Assembly (NCBI GenBank): GCA_963789265.1
Contig: CAWBKB010000001.1
Location: 2,464,001 to 2,528,000, forward strand
DNA from: an uncultured delta proteobacterium
Lineage (GTDB): Bacteria > Desulfobacterota > Desulfomonilia > Desulfomonilales > Desulfomonilaceae
Direction of reading: 5' to 3'
Length of the DNA stretch: 64,000 nucleotides
This document shows positions 1 through 9,238 of the stretch, piece after piece. The position numbers and the translations under genes are program-made. A model generated the notes under the pieces. The model was not told where the DNA came from. It saw nothing but the letters and a program-made list of their open reading frames with translations, and searched no databases. The stretch's first letter is position 1; each line of letters opens with the position of its first letter.

Positions 1-648
1 GACGGCCCCATAGACCTGCGAGTCCACGCGCTCTACAATCCGGAAGTAATCACGCAATACAACATAGTGCCGGGTCTGATCGGTGTGGTTCTCACAATGA
101 CCATGGTCATGATCACTGCTCTGGCCATCACCCGGGAGAGAGAAAGCGGCACAATGGAAAATCTCCTGTCCATGCCGGCTCGTCCGCTGGAAGTGCTTAT
201 CGGCAAGATCATACCGTACATCCTCGTAGGGTACGTACAGGTCTCGTTGATTCTCCTTGCAGCGTACTTTCTCTTTCACGTGCCGATGGTGGGCAGTGTC
301 ACTCTGTTGCTCGTCTTAATGATCCTGTTCATTTTGGCTAACTTAGCGATAGGCATTACCTATTCGACGATTGCCGAGAACCAGCGCCAGGCTATACAGA
401 TGGCGTTCTTTTTTTTCTTGCCGAACATCTTGCTTTCGGGGTTCGCTTTCTCTTTTCGGGGCATGCCCGGCTGGGCACAGACGATCGGAGAACTGCTACC
501 ACTGACTCATTTTCTCCGAATCGTCCGCGGCATCTTGCTCAAGGGCAACGGCTTGGCAGATGTCGCGCCGGAGATTTGGCCGATAGCGCTTTTTACTGTG
601 GTGGCTTTAGCTATCGGTGTGAAACGCTACCGTAGGACACTTGACTAA
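1..648 (+). CDS. ABC-2 type transporter permease (YbhR/YbhS-like), 5' end outside window
   Basis: Frame is open from base 1 (DGPIDLRVHALYNPE..YNIVPGLIG); AITRERESGTMENLL motif; several hydrophobic helices; LSGF..FRGMPGW..LPLTHFL C-terminus. Confidence 0.9.
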   Translation, partial: DGPIDLRVHALYNPEVITQYNIVPGLIGVVLTMTMVMITALAITRERESGTMENLLSMPARPLEVLIGKIIPYILVGYVQVSLILLAAYFLFHVPMVGSVTLLLVLMILFILANLAIGITYSTIAENQRQAIQMAFFFFLPNILLSGFAFSFRGMPGWAQTIGELLPLTHFLRIVRGILLKGNGLADVAPEIWPIALFTVVALAIGVKRYRRTLD

Positions 649-662
649 AGCCAATTCTCATT

Positions 663-735
663 CAAAATCCCCCCTTCCCTCCTTTACAAAAGAGGGGAAC
701 CCCCCGTCCTCTGGGGCTAAGTTAGCGCATATAGG
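663..735. repeat. REP-like element, family D (CAAAATCCCCCC..CCTTT..AAAG..GGGGA then TAAGTYAGCGC)
   Basis: Imperfect hairpin; a second similar copy lies at 12097-12157. Confidence 0.6.
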
Positions 736-838
736 ATCGTAGTCCGGCATGACGGTTTCTTTCTCACCGATCGGATAAAGATCTTGGCGCTTGCTGTATA
801 CGGTGTTCTTCGCCTCCCCGTAAAAGTGTCTCGCTGCA

Positions 839-1228
839 CTATTTCTTCGTCTTCTCCTGCAATTCCTTGTTCTTCTGTTTCATCAACTCCTTGAGCTCAT
901 CCTTCAATTGATTCTTCTTTTGTTCCAATTCTTGTTTGATCTGTTTGCTGAGCTCAGCCCTCTTTTGTGCCAACTGTAGTCGAACATTCAGCGTGTTGTG
1001 AGGGATTACGGATTTAAGTTTGTCTCTCAACTCTTGCAGTTCATTTTTAGCCTTCTGCAGGAGCTGTTGTTTAAACTCCTGAAACTCTTTCCTCTTCTGC
1101 TCCTTAATCTGCTGAATGGATTGTTTCGCCATATCCGTACCGAGCTTGTTCTGTGGTTCAGTTGCAAAGCTGAAAGCAAAGATAGATACCGTGAACAAAA
1201 GGGCCAACAACCAACTAAGTTTCCTCAT
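839..1228 (-). CDS. Hypothetical secreted coiled-coil protein
   Basis: GGAAGGA RBS before ATG 1228; MRKLSWLLALLFTVSIFAFSFA signal peptide; K/Q/E-rich heptads. Confidence 0.7.
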   Translation of the reverse strand: MRKLSWLLALLFTVSIFAFSFATEPQNKLGTDMAKQSIQQIKEQKRKEFQEFKQQLLQKAKNELQELRDKLKSVIPHNTLNVRLQLAQKRAELSKQIKQELEQKKNQLKDELKELMKQKNKELQEKTKK

Positions 1229-1419
1229 AGCATATCCTTCCGCAAATTCCGGACATTCAATTGGGGAAGCCTGTTTCCGAGAATGGGCAACGAACAAGCT
1301 AATTCCTGGGGATCCCGGCAACAAGGCGCCCTTCCCCTTTCCGAAAAATCTTACAGACGTTTTTCCGGTTAATCAACCCGCCTAAAGGGATAACCGTTCG
1401 CTTAAGGTGAGCTAGAGCT

Positions 1420-1661
1420 TGTCATTGCGAGTCTTACGTCTCGTGGGACGAAGCAATCTTTTCTCCATAAAATGCTTTCATGGGAGCGCAACGAAACGAG
1501 GAACATGAGCCCTGTACGGGCGGACGCGCATGTCCGCCCTGAGAACCGGGCCGACACACGGATCGGCCCCTACCAATCGGCGGTGATGCCACTCGCTTGA
1601 AAGCGAATAGGTATTAGACTGCTTTCCCACGGAACGCGGGATTTCCCCCCTCGCAATGACA
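1420..1661. repeat. Composite repeat: family A element (TGTCATTGCGAG..GAAGCAATC..CTCGCAATGACA) enclosing a GTAG-type REP doublet at 1514-1573
   Basis: Perfect 12-bp terminal inverted repeat 1420-1431/1650-1661; two internal hairpins in inverted orientation ending CCCCTAC. Confidence 0.8.
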
Positions 1662-1778
1662 TGAACCCGAACAATCTCCGCGTAAATCAATGATTACCAT
1701 AAGGCACTGTTTCGGCTGGCTTCGCCGAATAATCTAGTGTAAATTGCTGCCTACAAACTTCCGGCGGGGGTTGGAGAC

Positions 1779-2366
1779 ATGAAAAATTTAAGGGTGTGGT
1801 CGCGTGTTTCCCTATTGCTGTTGGTCGTGTTCTTAGGCTCCATCCGCGATGTGCGATCGCAAGATGTTTTCAGAGAGATGGATCAAATAAAGAAACAGGT
1901 GTCCGATCTGAAAAATGAGGTTAACAAGCTCAGAAGCCTGGTTTACGATTTGCGAAAAGCAGTCATAGAGTGTGCTATTGCTCCGGCTCGACAAGCGCCT
2001 GTGGTAGCGCCTCCCAAACAAGAGGCCGCTACAAAGTCCGCGCCACCCGTGAACGAAGAGCAAGTGACAAGGACAGCGTGCCGCGCCGTTGGGAAGTTCT
2101 TCTCGGAAGCTGAGGCGAGTTTGAGAGAAAGCAACCCCTCCGCTGCACAGACAAGGATGAGGAAGGCTCTGCAAAACATGAACTCGGCACTGGAAGAGTA
2201 TGCTAAAACGCACCGGGTTTCCAAGCTTCTTCGAATTTACGAAGGGCTCGCCTGGGATACTTATGTGGCCGTAGAGCTTCGTCCAAGCATCCAGGGAAAC
2301 GAGGCTTTTCTGAAAGCCTTGAGAGCGCACAAGGAAAAATACATTGAGACCTGCCCCAAGAAGTAA
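1779..2366 (+). CDS. Hypothetical secreted protein with N-terminal coiled coil
   Basis: GGAG RBS, hydrophobic signal peptide, coiled coil, Pro/Ala linker, helical C-terminal domain with Cys pair. Confidence 0.7.
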   Translation: MKNLRVWSRVSLLLLVVFLGSIRDVRSQDVFREMDQIKKQVSDLKNEVNKLRSLVYDLRKAVIECAIAPARQAPVVAPPKQEAATKSAPPVNEEQVTRTACRAVGKFFSEAEASLRESNPSAAQTRMRKALQNMNSALEEYAKTHRVSKLLRIYEGLAWDTYVAVELRPSIQGNEAFLKALRAHKEKYIETCPKK

Positions 2367-2512
2367 CCGCGGCAATAGTTGCACATAGACCACGGGTTTG
2401 CCGAACTAGGTCGGGGGGCGGAGGCCACGCGTGGTTTTGTTACAGGAAGGCAGAGAGCAACCTCCAGGGCAACTGGGTATAGTTTCGCCTATTTCGACCG
2501 GACTCGCTCGAG

Positions 2513-2728
2513 TTATCTTCCTCTGTTAGACTCGGGGGAGGCCAAAACGGCCTGGGCCTTCTCTAGCAGGACCTTTTCCGCCGCGGCGTCTTTCTTCTGC
2601 TGCGCTTGTATCGCGTTCCAGGCCCGCCTCACCGAATTCCGGTTTCCATCATGTCCCGCATTTACGAGAGTTGCCGACGACACCACGAAAACCGCGAGAG
2701 TTAACAAGAATGTTAGCCTTTTCATCAT
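2513..2728 (-). CDS. Small secreted hypothetical protein (71 aa)
   Basis: AAGGA RBS; MMKRLTFLLTLAVFVVSSATLVNA signal peptide; sigma-54 motif upstream. Confidence 0.65.
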   Translation of the reverse strand: MMKRLTFLLTLAVFVVSSATLVNAGHDGNRNSVRRAWNAIQAQQKKDAAAEKVLLEKAQAVLASPESNRGR

Positions 2729-2913
2729 CTATTTCCTTCGGTGGAATTTCGCCCGGGCTCACAGCCGTTTTCGGATAGATTAAGATACATGTTATCCACC
2801 AAGAATCTGCCGGAGCCTATGTTTGGTAAGGTCCAGCACCATCCCGAGGGCACGGCTTCACAATTCTTGGCAGAAGCTGCCGCTTGCCGGGGCAGGATGA
2901 AATAGTACATCGC

Positions 2914-2930
2914 AGCAATCTTCGTGCCAA
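2914..2930 (-). promoter_or_regulatory. Sigma-54 (-24/-12) promoter
   Basis: Minus strand reads TTGGCACGAAGATTGCT, matching consensus TGGCAC-N5-TTGC, and points at 2513-2728. Confidence 0.7.
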
Positions 2931-3016
2931 ATGAGGGGAGTGCGATGGAAAAGGGGAATTGCTCGATATGTTGCGAAACTACCTTTGGTCCTGCAGAAAC
3001 TTGCAGCCTTTAGTGG

Positions 3017-3073
3017 GACCCGGCCATGTCAGGATTTTTAACATTGTGTTAAGAATCCTGACATGGCCGGGTC
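3017..3073. repeat. 57-bp near-perfect palindrome (27-bp arms, 3-nt spacer)
   Basis: GACCCGGCCATGTCAGGATTTTTAACA-TTG-TGTTAAGAATCCTGACATGGCCGGGTC, one mismatch. Confidence 0.95.
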
Positions 3074-3232
3074 GGATTGACGAAATTCTTCGACGAAATG
3101 CAAAAGGATTTCAAGAGGGAAGTAGCTGTACAACAATCAGTTGGATAGCCGGCGCATTTTTGCGGCGTCCGGGCGATGTCCTGGCTCATCCTTTCCTCCT
3201 ACAGCTCGAGGACGAAGACGAGCCGCTTCCGT

Positions 3233-5008
3233 TCAACCCTGAACAGTCCGGGTTTCTCTAATGAGCTCGCGGGCTTTGCTCAGGTGTTCCAGGATTTTTC
3301 GCAGGTTTTCGTCGTTTCTTTCGTTGAGGTAGCTGATAATGGCGTCACACGCTTCGTAGGTCTCTGTTATTGATCGACGGATCACGGCATGATACTGGGC
3401 ATACTTGGGCGGCGGTATTATAGCAAACGTCTTCGAATCAAGATTCTGAAGTTCTCGCTTCAAGGAATCCATCTTCAGGTAAACTTCCTTCGGAACTATA
3501 GGAGCATTCGCGTCGGAGGGGTCGTAATCAGCCAGGTTTAGCGATGGTGCTTTGGTCATCAGGAGAGAGAGTTCCTCCAATACGGGAGCGGTCGCTCTCA
3601 GGTATCGCTTGACTTGCGGGCTGTCCAGAGCATTAGCAGCCAATGGCGACGGCGGAAGCTCCTTGACGGGAGGCACGGGCTTCTCGACAGGACGCAGGCT
3701 CTGCTCCGGTTGTGCGGGTTCCTCCGCGGCGGGAGGCGTGAGTGCTGAAGGGAACGGCTCGGGCTGCGGCGAAAGTAATGCCTCCTTCAGGGGTTCCTTC
3801 GCGGGTTCCTTCAGAACCTCTTTCTCGGGGGCCTTCTGCAGTTCCAGTTCTGCTTTTTTCAGCGGCTCATTCCGTACTTCTTGCTCGGCCGCCTTGCGCA
3901 GTTCCTGTTGCGCTTGTTTCAGCAGTTCTGCCGGAGCTACTTTCTCAGGTGTCTTCTGCGGTTCCGCTTCTGCTTTTTTCAGCGGCTCATCCCGTACTTC
4001 TTGCTCGGGCGCTTTGCGCAGTTCCTGTTCGGCTTGTTTCAGCAGTTCTGCCGGAGCTGCTTTCTCAGGTGTCTTCTGCGGTTCCGCTTCTGCTTTTTCC
4101 AGCGGCTCATTCCGTACTTCTTGCTCGGGCGCTTTGCGCAGTTCCTGTTCAGCTTCCTTAAGGGGTTCCTTCCGAACGTCCTTCTCAGGGACTTTCTGCA
4201 ACTCCGGTTCGGCTTCCTTCTCGGGTTCCGCCTGAGCTGTGAGTGGCGGCTCTATAGGCGGGATTACTTCCGGTTCCCGGCGCGGGTCCAGAAGAATTTG
4301 ATCCTGAGAACCGGCCTCATCTTGAGTTCTTGCCCATCCCAGAGAAGTCGCCTTCAATGCCACTTTTTGAGGTTGTAGGACCAGCAGAGGCGGTATTGTC
4401 GGGTTTGTTTTTTTTCCAAGTATTTGTTTCTTTGGAGCAGGAGCCGCTATGACGTCCTCCGGTGTATTCGGGGGGCGTATAAGAGGAGAGCGATACTCTT
4501 TCTCCAAAGGGCGTCGGACCGGCGACCGCTCCAACGGCTTCTGCAAAATCGGTCTTCGCTCCACCGACTCGAAAGGCAATCTGTCAACATTAGAGGCAGC
4601 CGGCACTTTGGCGGCGGCAGGAGGTTCAACCCTTCCCGGCTTCTCCACTTCGGTTGAAGGAGGCTGCTCTTTTGGTCGGGCCGGAATGGCAGAAGATTGC
4701 TCTTTCGGTGGTGGCACTGTGACGGTACGAGAAGGTTCGTTCCCTATGATCGATTTCATCTTGATCTCCGGGATGGGAACCAAGTACCCGGAGTTTCCAA
4801 TGGGCGCAAGGGTTTGGCCGGGCTTCACCTCGCGAGCACTATGCGGTTGCGCCTCTCCTCGGCTGAGGGGCTGTGCTGCCGATTCGAAGAGACACGGCCG
4901 GCCGAGGCAAAACCCTACGACGAGCACGGCCACTGCCAGCGCTCTGGTAACGCACACGTTACGGAAACGAAAAGGTATTTTCGAACGCTGGGCGGTGCGG
5001 GCCCTCAT
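3233..5008 (-). CDS. Pro/Glu/Lys-rich exported protein with 40-aa tandem repeats
   Basis: N-terminal hydrophobic segment; low-complexity middle; helical C-terminal domain; GAGG RBS; follows nusB. Confidence 0.75.
   Translation of the reverse strand: MRARTAQRSKIPFRFRNVCVTRALAVAVLVVGFCLGRPCLFESAAQPLSRGEAQPHSAREVKPGQTLAPIGNSGYLVPIPEIKMKSIIGNEPSRTVTVPPPKEQSSAIPARPKEQPPSTEVEKPGRVEPPAAAKVPAASNVDRLPFESVERRPILQKPLERSPVRRPLEKEYRSPLIRPPNTPEDVIAAPAPKKQILGKKTNPTIPPLLVLQPQKVALKATSLGWARTQDEAGSQDQILLDPRREPEVIPPIEPPLTAQAEPEKEAEPELQKVPEKDVRKEPLKEAEQELRKAPEQEVRNEPLEKAEAEPQKTPEKAAPAELLKQAEQELRKAPEQEVRDEPLKKAEAEPQKTPEKVAPAELLKQAQQELRKAAEQEVRNEPLKKAELELQKAPEKEVLKEPAKEPLKEALLSPQPEPFPSALTPPAAEEPAQPEQSLRPVEKPVPPVKELPPSPLAANALDSPQVKRYLRATAPVLEELSLLMTKAPSLNLADYDPSDANAPIVPKEVYLKMDSLKRELQNLDSKTFAIIPPPKYAQYHAVIRRSITETYEACDAIISYLNERNDENLRKILEHLSKARELIRETRTVQG
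3835..4160 (-). repeat. Intragenic 120-bp tandem repeat (~2.7 copies)
   Basis: Lines starting 3841, 3961 and 4081 are nearly identical; encodes EQELRKAPEQEVRNEPLKKAEAEPQKTPEKAAPAELLKQA. Confidence 0.95.
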
Positions 5009-5053
5009 GGGTTGCTACCTCTGACAAAGCCGCCAATATATTGTATTACAATT

Positions 5054-5548
5054 TTAGACTGTTGTGCCGGATTCGTCAAGTTTTGTGATAATCTCTTGCA
5101 ACTGGGCGGCAGACGTGGGGCGGGGCTCGAGTGCGTGTATTCTGTCCAAGATCCCATTGATGAAAGCGGAGGAATTTTCAGCGCCGTACTTCTTCCCTAT
5201 ATCGACGGCCTCATTCAAAACCACTCTTGTGGGAATCTCCGGAAAATTGGTGATCTCAGCTATGGCCATTCGCAGGATGTTTCGGTCCACACGGTTAATC
5301 CTGTGCAGCTTCCAGTGGTGGGATAGATGAGCTATGAGCTGATCTATAATTTTCATATCGCGAGACACTGCCCGTACGAGGTCGCGGGCAAAAACTCTCA
5401 CAACGCGATGCATCTTGATGACTTCGTCCGGGTCGGACTCGAAGTGTCTCTCGAGCGTTTCCCACACCTCAGCCGGGTCTTGTTTTCTGGCGTCGGCTGC
5501 GAACAAAACCTGAAGTACGAATTCACGACTCTTGCGTCTGGACGGCAC
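5054..5548 (-). CDS. nusB: Transcription antitermination factor NusB
   Basis: RRKSREFVLQVLF, W.L.RINRVDRNILR, NEAVDIGKKYG..S..FINGILD motifs; downstream of ribH. Confidence 0.95.
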   Translation of the reverse strand: MPSRRKSREFVLQVLFAADARKQDPAEVWETLERHFESDPDEVIKMHRVVRVFARDLVRAVSRDMKIIDQLIAHLSHHWKLHRINRVDRNILRMAIAEITNFPEIPTRVVLNEAVDIGKKYGAENSSAFINGILDRIHALEPRPTSAAQLQEIITKLDESGTTV

Positions 5549-5612
5549 TGGAGAATGATGAGTTCCCGTAAAGAAATGTAAATGATATCAGACCCGGAAG
5601 ACCTGGATTCGA

Positions 5613-6077
5613 TCACATTTGCTTGAGAAGATTCGCCATTTCAATAGCGGACATCGCTGCCTCGGCGCCTTTGTTCCCAGCTTTGGAGCCCGCTCTCTCT
5701 ATGGCCTGTTCGATCGTGTCTGTGGTCAGCACACCGAAGCTGACCGGAATTGTGGCTTCCAAAGCGGTTAAGGCCACCCCTTTGGCAACCTCGGCCGCAA
5801 GATAGTCAAAATGGGGGGTCGATCCTCTGATGACCGCCCCAAGAGCTATCACGATGTCGTGCTTTCCTGTACGAACCATTGCCGACACTACCTGAGGTAT
5901 CTCAAATGCCCCAGGGACTCTGGCAATTGTTATGTCTTCTTCGGATGCCCCGTGTCGCACGAGAGCGTCTATAGCCCCCGCGATCAACCTCGACACAATA
6001 AAGTCATTGAAGCGACTTGCCACTAGGCCTGCCTTCAAGCCGCGAGCATCCAAGCCTCCTTCAATTTGTACGGTCAT
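5613..6077 (-). CDS. ribH: 6,7-dimethyl-8-ribityllumazine synthase
   Basis: [41 protein letters not shown]. Confidence 0.97.
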   Translation of the reverse strand: MTVQIEGGLDARGLKAGLVASRFNDFIVSRLIAGAIDALVRHGASEEDITIARVPGAFEIPQVVSAMVRTGKHDIVIALGAVIRGSTPHFDYLAAEVAKGVALTALEATIPVSFGVLTTDTIEQAIERAGSKAGNKGAEAAMSAIEMANLLKQM

Positions 6078-6151
6078 ACAGCCTCCGACATTTGATTCAA
6101 AGGAGGCGGCCCGTCAGCGCGCCTCCATTTGCACCGGTTTCGCCCGTCAAG

Positions 6152-7363
6152 TCAGGCTTTTAAATCATAGAGATGGCCCATCTTATCTCTCTTGGTCTTG
6201 AGATAACGAAGGTTTGTGGAGCATGGCTCGATTACGATGGGAATTTGTTCTACTACCTCAAGACCGTAACCCTCCAATCCCACAATTTTCGTAGGATTAT
6301 TCGTCATAAGGCGCATCTTGTGGACTCCCAGATCCGCAAGCATCTGTGCACCTATTCCGTAATCTCTCAAGTCGGGTTTGAACCCCAGTCTGAGATTCGC
6401 CTCGACAGTGTCGCACCCCTGATCCTGAAGGGCGTAAGCCCTTATTTTATTAAGCAAACCGATGCCGCGGCCTTCCTGCTGCATGTACAGGATAACACCT
6501 TTCCCCGCCTCTTCGACCATGCGCATCGCCTTTTCCAACTGGCTCCCGCAATCACACCGCCTGGAGCCAAAAACATCACCGGTCAAGCACTCGGAATGGA
6601 CCCGGACAAGAATTGGTTCGTCGGGGTTGACCTCACCCTTTACGAGGGCAACGTGGTTATGGTTGTCTACGTCATTCTCGTACACAATCAGCTTGAAATC
6701 CCCTCCGAAATCGGTTGGAAGGGTTGTCTCCGCGCCTCGTCTGACCAGCCTCTCGGTCCGCATTCGGTATTTGATCAGATCCTTTATCGTGCATACCTTG
6801 AGTCCGTGTTGCTTGGCCATAACATTGAGGTCCGGAAGCCGTGCCATCGTGCCGTCGTCGTTCATCACTTCGCAGATCACACCGGCCGGAGTAAAGCCGG
6901 CAAGTCGTGCCAGATCGACACTCCCTTCGGTCTGACCGGCACGCACAAGAACACCGCCCCCACGCGCCCGCAAAGGAAAGACATGGCCGGGTGAAATCAA
7001 GTCCTTGGGTCCGGCGTCCCTATCTATGGCCGTAAGAATTGTTATTGCTCGGTCGTGGGCAGAAATGCCGGTCGTAACCCCCTTGGCGGCCTCGATGGAG
7101 ACGGTGAACCCGGTCCCATACGGGGACTTGTTATTGTTGACCATCATGGGGAGTTCCAATGACTGAATCTTTTCAGGAGTCAGCGACAAGCACAGCAATC
7201 CCCGGCCGTACTTTGTCATGAAGTTGACAGCTTCCGGAGTAACCTTCTCGGCCGCCATAGTAAGATCGCCTTCGTTTTCACGATCTTCATCATCCACAAG
7301 AATAATCATTCGGCCTTGTCTAATTTCTTCTATGGCTTCCTCAATTCCGACCACAGCACTCAT
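6152..7363 (-). CDS. ribBA: Bifunctional DHBP synthase / GTP cyclohydrolase II
   Basis: DDEDRENEGD, PGHVFPL, RVHSECLTGDVFGSRRCDCG, QEGRGIGL. Confidence 0.97.
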   Translation of the reverse strand: MSAVVGIEEAIEEIRQGRMIILVDDEDRENEGDLTMAAEKVTPEAVNFMTKYGRGLLCLSLTPEKIQSLELPMMVNNNKSPYGTGFTVSIEAAKGVTTGISAHDRAITILTAIDRDAGPKDLISPGHVFPLRARGGGVLVRAGQTEGSVDLARLAGFTPAGVICEVMNDDGTMARLPDLNVMAKQHGLKVCTIKDLIKYRMRTERLVRRGAETTLPTDFGGDFKLIVYENDVDNHNHVALVKGEVNPDEPILVRVHSECLTGDVFGSRRCDCGSQLEKAMRMVEEAGKGVILYMQQEGRGIGLLNKIRAYALQDQGCDTVEANLRLGFKPDLRDYGIGAQMLADLGVHKMRLMTNNPTKIVGLEGYGLEVVEQIPIVIEPCSTNLRYLKTKRDKMGHLYDLKA

Positions 7364-7377
7364 TAATTGTCCCTCCT

Positions 7378-8019
7378 TCAGATAAATCCATGATCTATGA
7401 GAGTCTGTTCGTCCACCCCGGTTTTTCCCGCCCGCCCGGAAATGAACTTTTCAATATACTTTCCAATGACGTCAAATTCCACGTTGACTTTATCATTGAT
7501 ATTTTTTTCGGTCAACCCCGTCAGCAGCGCAGTATGCGGGATTATCATTACCCAGAAGCGCTGACCTTGTACTCGATTGACCGTCAGACTCACCCCGTCC
7601 ACGGCCACACTCCCCTTCTCAACCAGATAGCGCCCGGAATCCACGAGGAATCCCATGAGAAACCCGCCTCCCGCCGGGCGCTTTTCGACCAGCCGCCCTA
7701 CACAATCCACGTGGCCTGCCACCATGTGCCCCCCGAGGCGTGAATCCAGCCGCATTGCCTTTTCCAGATTTACCCGATCGCCGGCTTTGAAATAGCTAAG
7801 AGTCGATATCCCAAGCGTTTCCGGGGAGACATCAGCGCTGAATTCACGACGAGAAGGATCGACCACGGTTGCAGTCAAGCATGCGCCGTCAACAGAAATG
7901 GAATCCCCTTCTTTCAGGTCGGACAAATCGAGATTTGACGCGATGCGAATCCTTATGAAATCGCCTCTGGGTTGAATTCCTTTTATCTCCCCTCGCGCTT
8001 CAATTATGCCTGTAAACAT
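7378..8019 (-). CDS. ribE: Riboflavin synthase (alpha chain)
   Basis: MFTGIIE N-terminus, GDSISVDGACLT, RLGGHMVAGHVD, KGSVAVDGVSLTVN. Confidence 0.97.
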   Translation of the reverse strand: MFTGIIEARGEIKGIQPRGDFIRIRIASNLDLSDLKEGDSISVDGACLTATVVDPSRREFSADVSPETLGISTLSYFKAGDRVNLEKAMRLDSRLGGHMVAGHVDCVGRLVEKRPAGGGFLMGFLVDSGRYLVEKGSVAVDGVSLTVNRVQGQRFWVMIIPHTALLTGLTEKNINDKVNVEFDVIGKYIEKFISGRAGKTGVDEQTLIDHGFI

Positions 8020-8801
8020 TCTTCTTTCCCCTGTGACAAAGCTTTATCCTCTATCGCATCTTTCCGGGCAGCGAGCAGATGCCTGTAACGAACCCGGCCC
8101 ATGGATGCAAGCAGGTTGGATCGCACGTGGGGAACTTCCCTTTCGATTTGGTTCAGCAGACTCTTGACCCATTGCCGCCGCGATCCGCTCATTCCCTGGT
8201 ACGCGCATGAGCACCCCAAAATAGGAATGCCGAGACTTTGGGCGCATTGACGAGTCAGCTCTTCCCTCACGTAGACCAAAGGACGAATCACGGTGTTGCG
8301 CCCGTCGTCCGCGAGAAGGTGCGGACTCATACCTTTAATTGAGCCGTTGAAGAATAGATTGAGCAATAGAGTTTCCACAAAGTCGTCGAGATGATGTCCA
8401 AGTGCTATTTTATTCCAACCCTCACGCGAGGCGTACGTGTAGAGCACACCCCGGCGCAGCCGAGAGCAAAAAGAGCATGGATTGGTCCCATCGGATAGAT
8501 TCTCGTTAACCACAGTCACGATGTCAGCCGGTATAACGCTATGGGGGATATGGTCGTGGGCAAGGCGATCCGCCAGGCTGGAGCAATCGAAAACCGAATT
8601 CCCGGGATGGATTGTTACTGCAGCCACCTCAAATTTGATCGGAGCCTTGCCCTGTAGATACTTGAGCGCATAGAGGAGCGACCAGGAATCCTTGCCTCCC
8701 GATAGCGCCACAAGCACGCGGTCGCCGTTGTCGATCAACCGGAAGTCGCCTATGGCTCTGCCCACAAGGCGTGTTATGTTAGTGAAGATGCGGTTCTTCA
8801 T
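8004..8801 (-). CDS. ttcA: tRNA 2-thiocytidine biosynthesis protein (PP-loop ATPase)
   Basis: SGGKDS PP-loop, CSFCSRLRRG, IALGHHLDDFVET, VIRPL. Confidence 0.9.
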   Translation of the reverse strand: MKNRIFTNITRLVGRAIGDFRLIDNGDRVLVALSGGKDSWSLLYALKYLQGKAPIKFEVAAVTIHPGNSVFDCSSLADRLAHDHIPHSVIPADIVTVVNENLSDGTNPCSFCSRLRRGVLYTYASREGWNKIALGHHLDDFVETLLLNLFFNGSIKGMSPHLLADDGRNTVIRPLVYVREELTRQCAQSLGIPILGCSCAYQGMSGSRRQWVKSLLNQIEREVPHVRSNLLASMGRVRYRHLLAARKDAIEDKALSQGKEECLQA

Positions 8802-8848
8802 GTTATGTTTATCCGAAGCATCAAAGAAAACGTTGAATGTAGTAGTTT

Positions 8849-8875
8849 ACCGCGGAGAGCGCAGAGACCGCGGAG
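8849..8875. repeat. Family C repeat (ACCGCGGAG-NNCGCAGAG-NNCGCRGAG)
   Basis: Same 9-mer-periodic motif at 37397-37423, 37544-37570 (inverted), 48383-48409 (inverted), degenerate at 46035-46061. Confidence 0.75.
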
Positions 8876-8974
8876 AATTTTGTTCTTGTGCCGTTCTCAA
8901 GTAGAGCCTGGGAAAAAGAACTATAGGGATTCTCAAAAGTAATCGCGGATTGACCAGACAGATCGCCAAAAGAT

Positions 8975-9055
8975 TGTCATTGCAGGGCGAGATCCCGAAG
9001 CACTCTCGACTGGGCCAAAACTGAGATTGCGTCGTCGTTCCTCCTCGCAATGACA
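8975..9055. repeat. Family A palindromic repeat
   Basis: TGTCATTGC..CGAAGCACTCT..AGATTGCGTCG..CTCGCAATGACA. Confidence 0.8.
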
Positions 9056-9238
9056 CGAATCAGCCGTGCCGGTTTTTCTGAGGACCAGACCCATATCCGA
9101 CGATATTTTCGAGAATTGCCATAAATTCTTGGCAATCTAGGCGTTCTCTGCAGTGAGTCCAATTTCTATTCTTGGATTTCCGGCGATTATCATATACTTG
9201 TAGGCTGAATTGGCAATCATGTCCAGACGAGAGCACAA

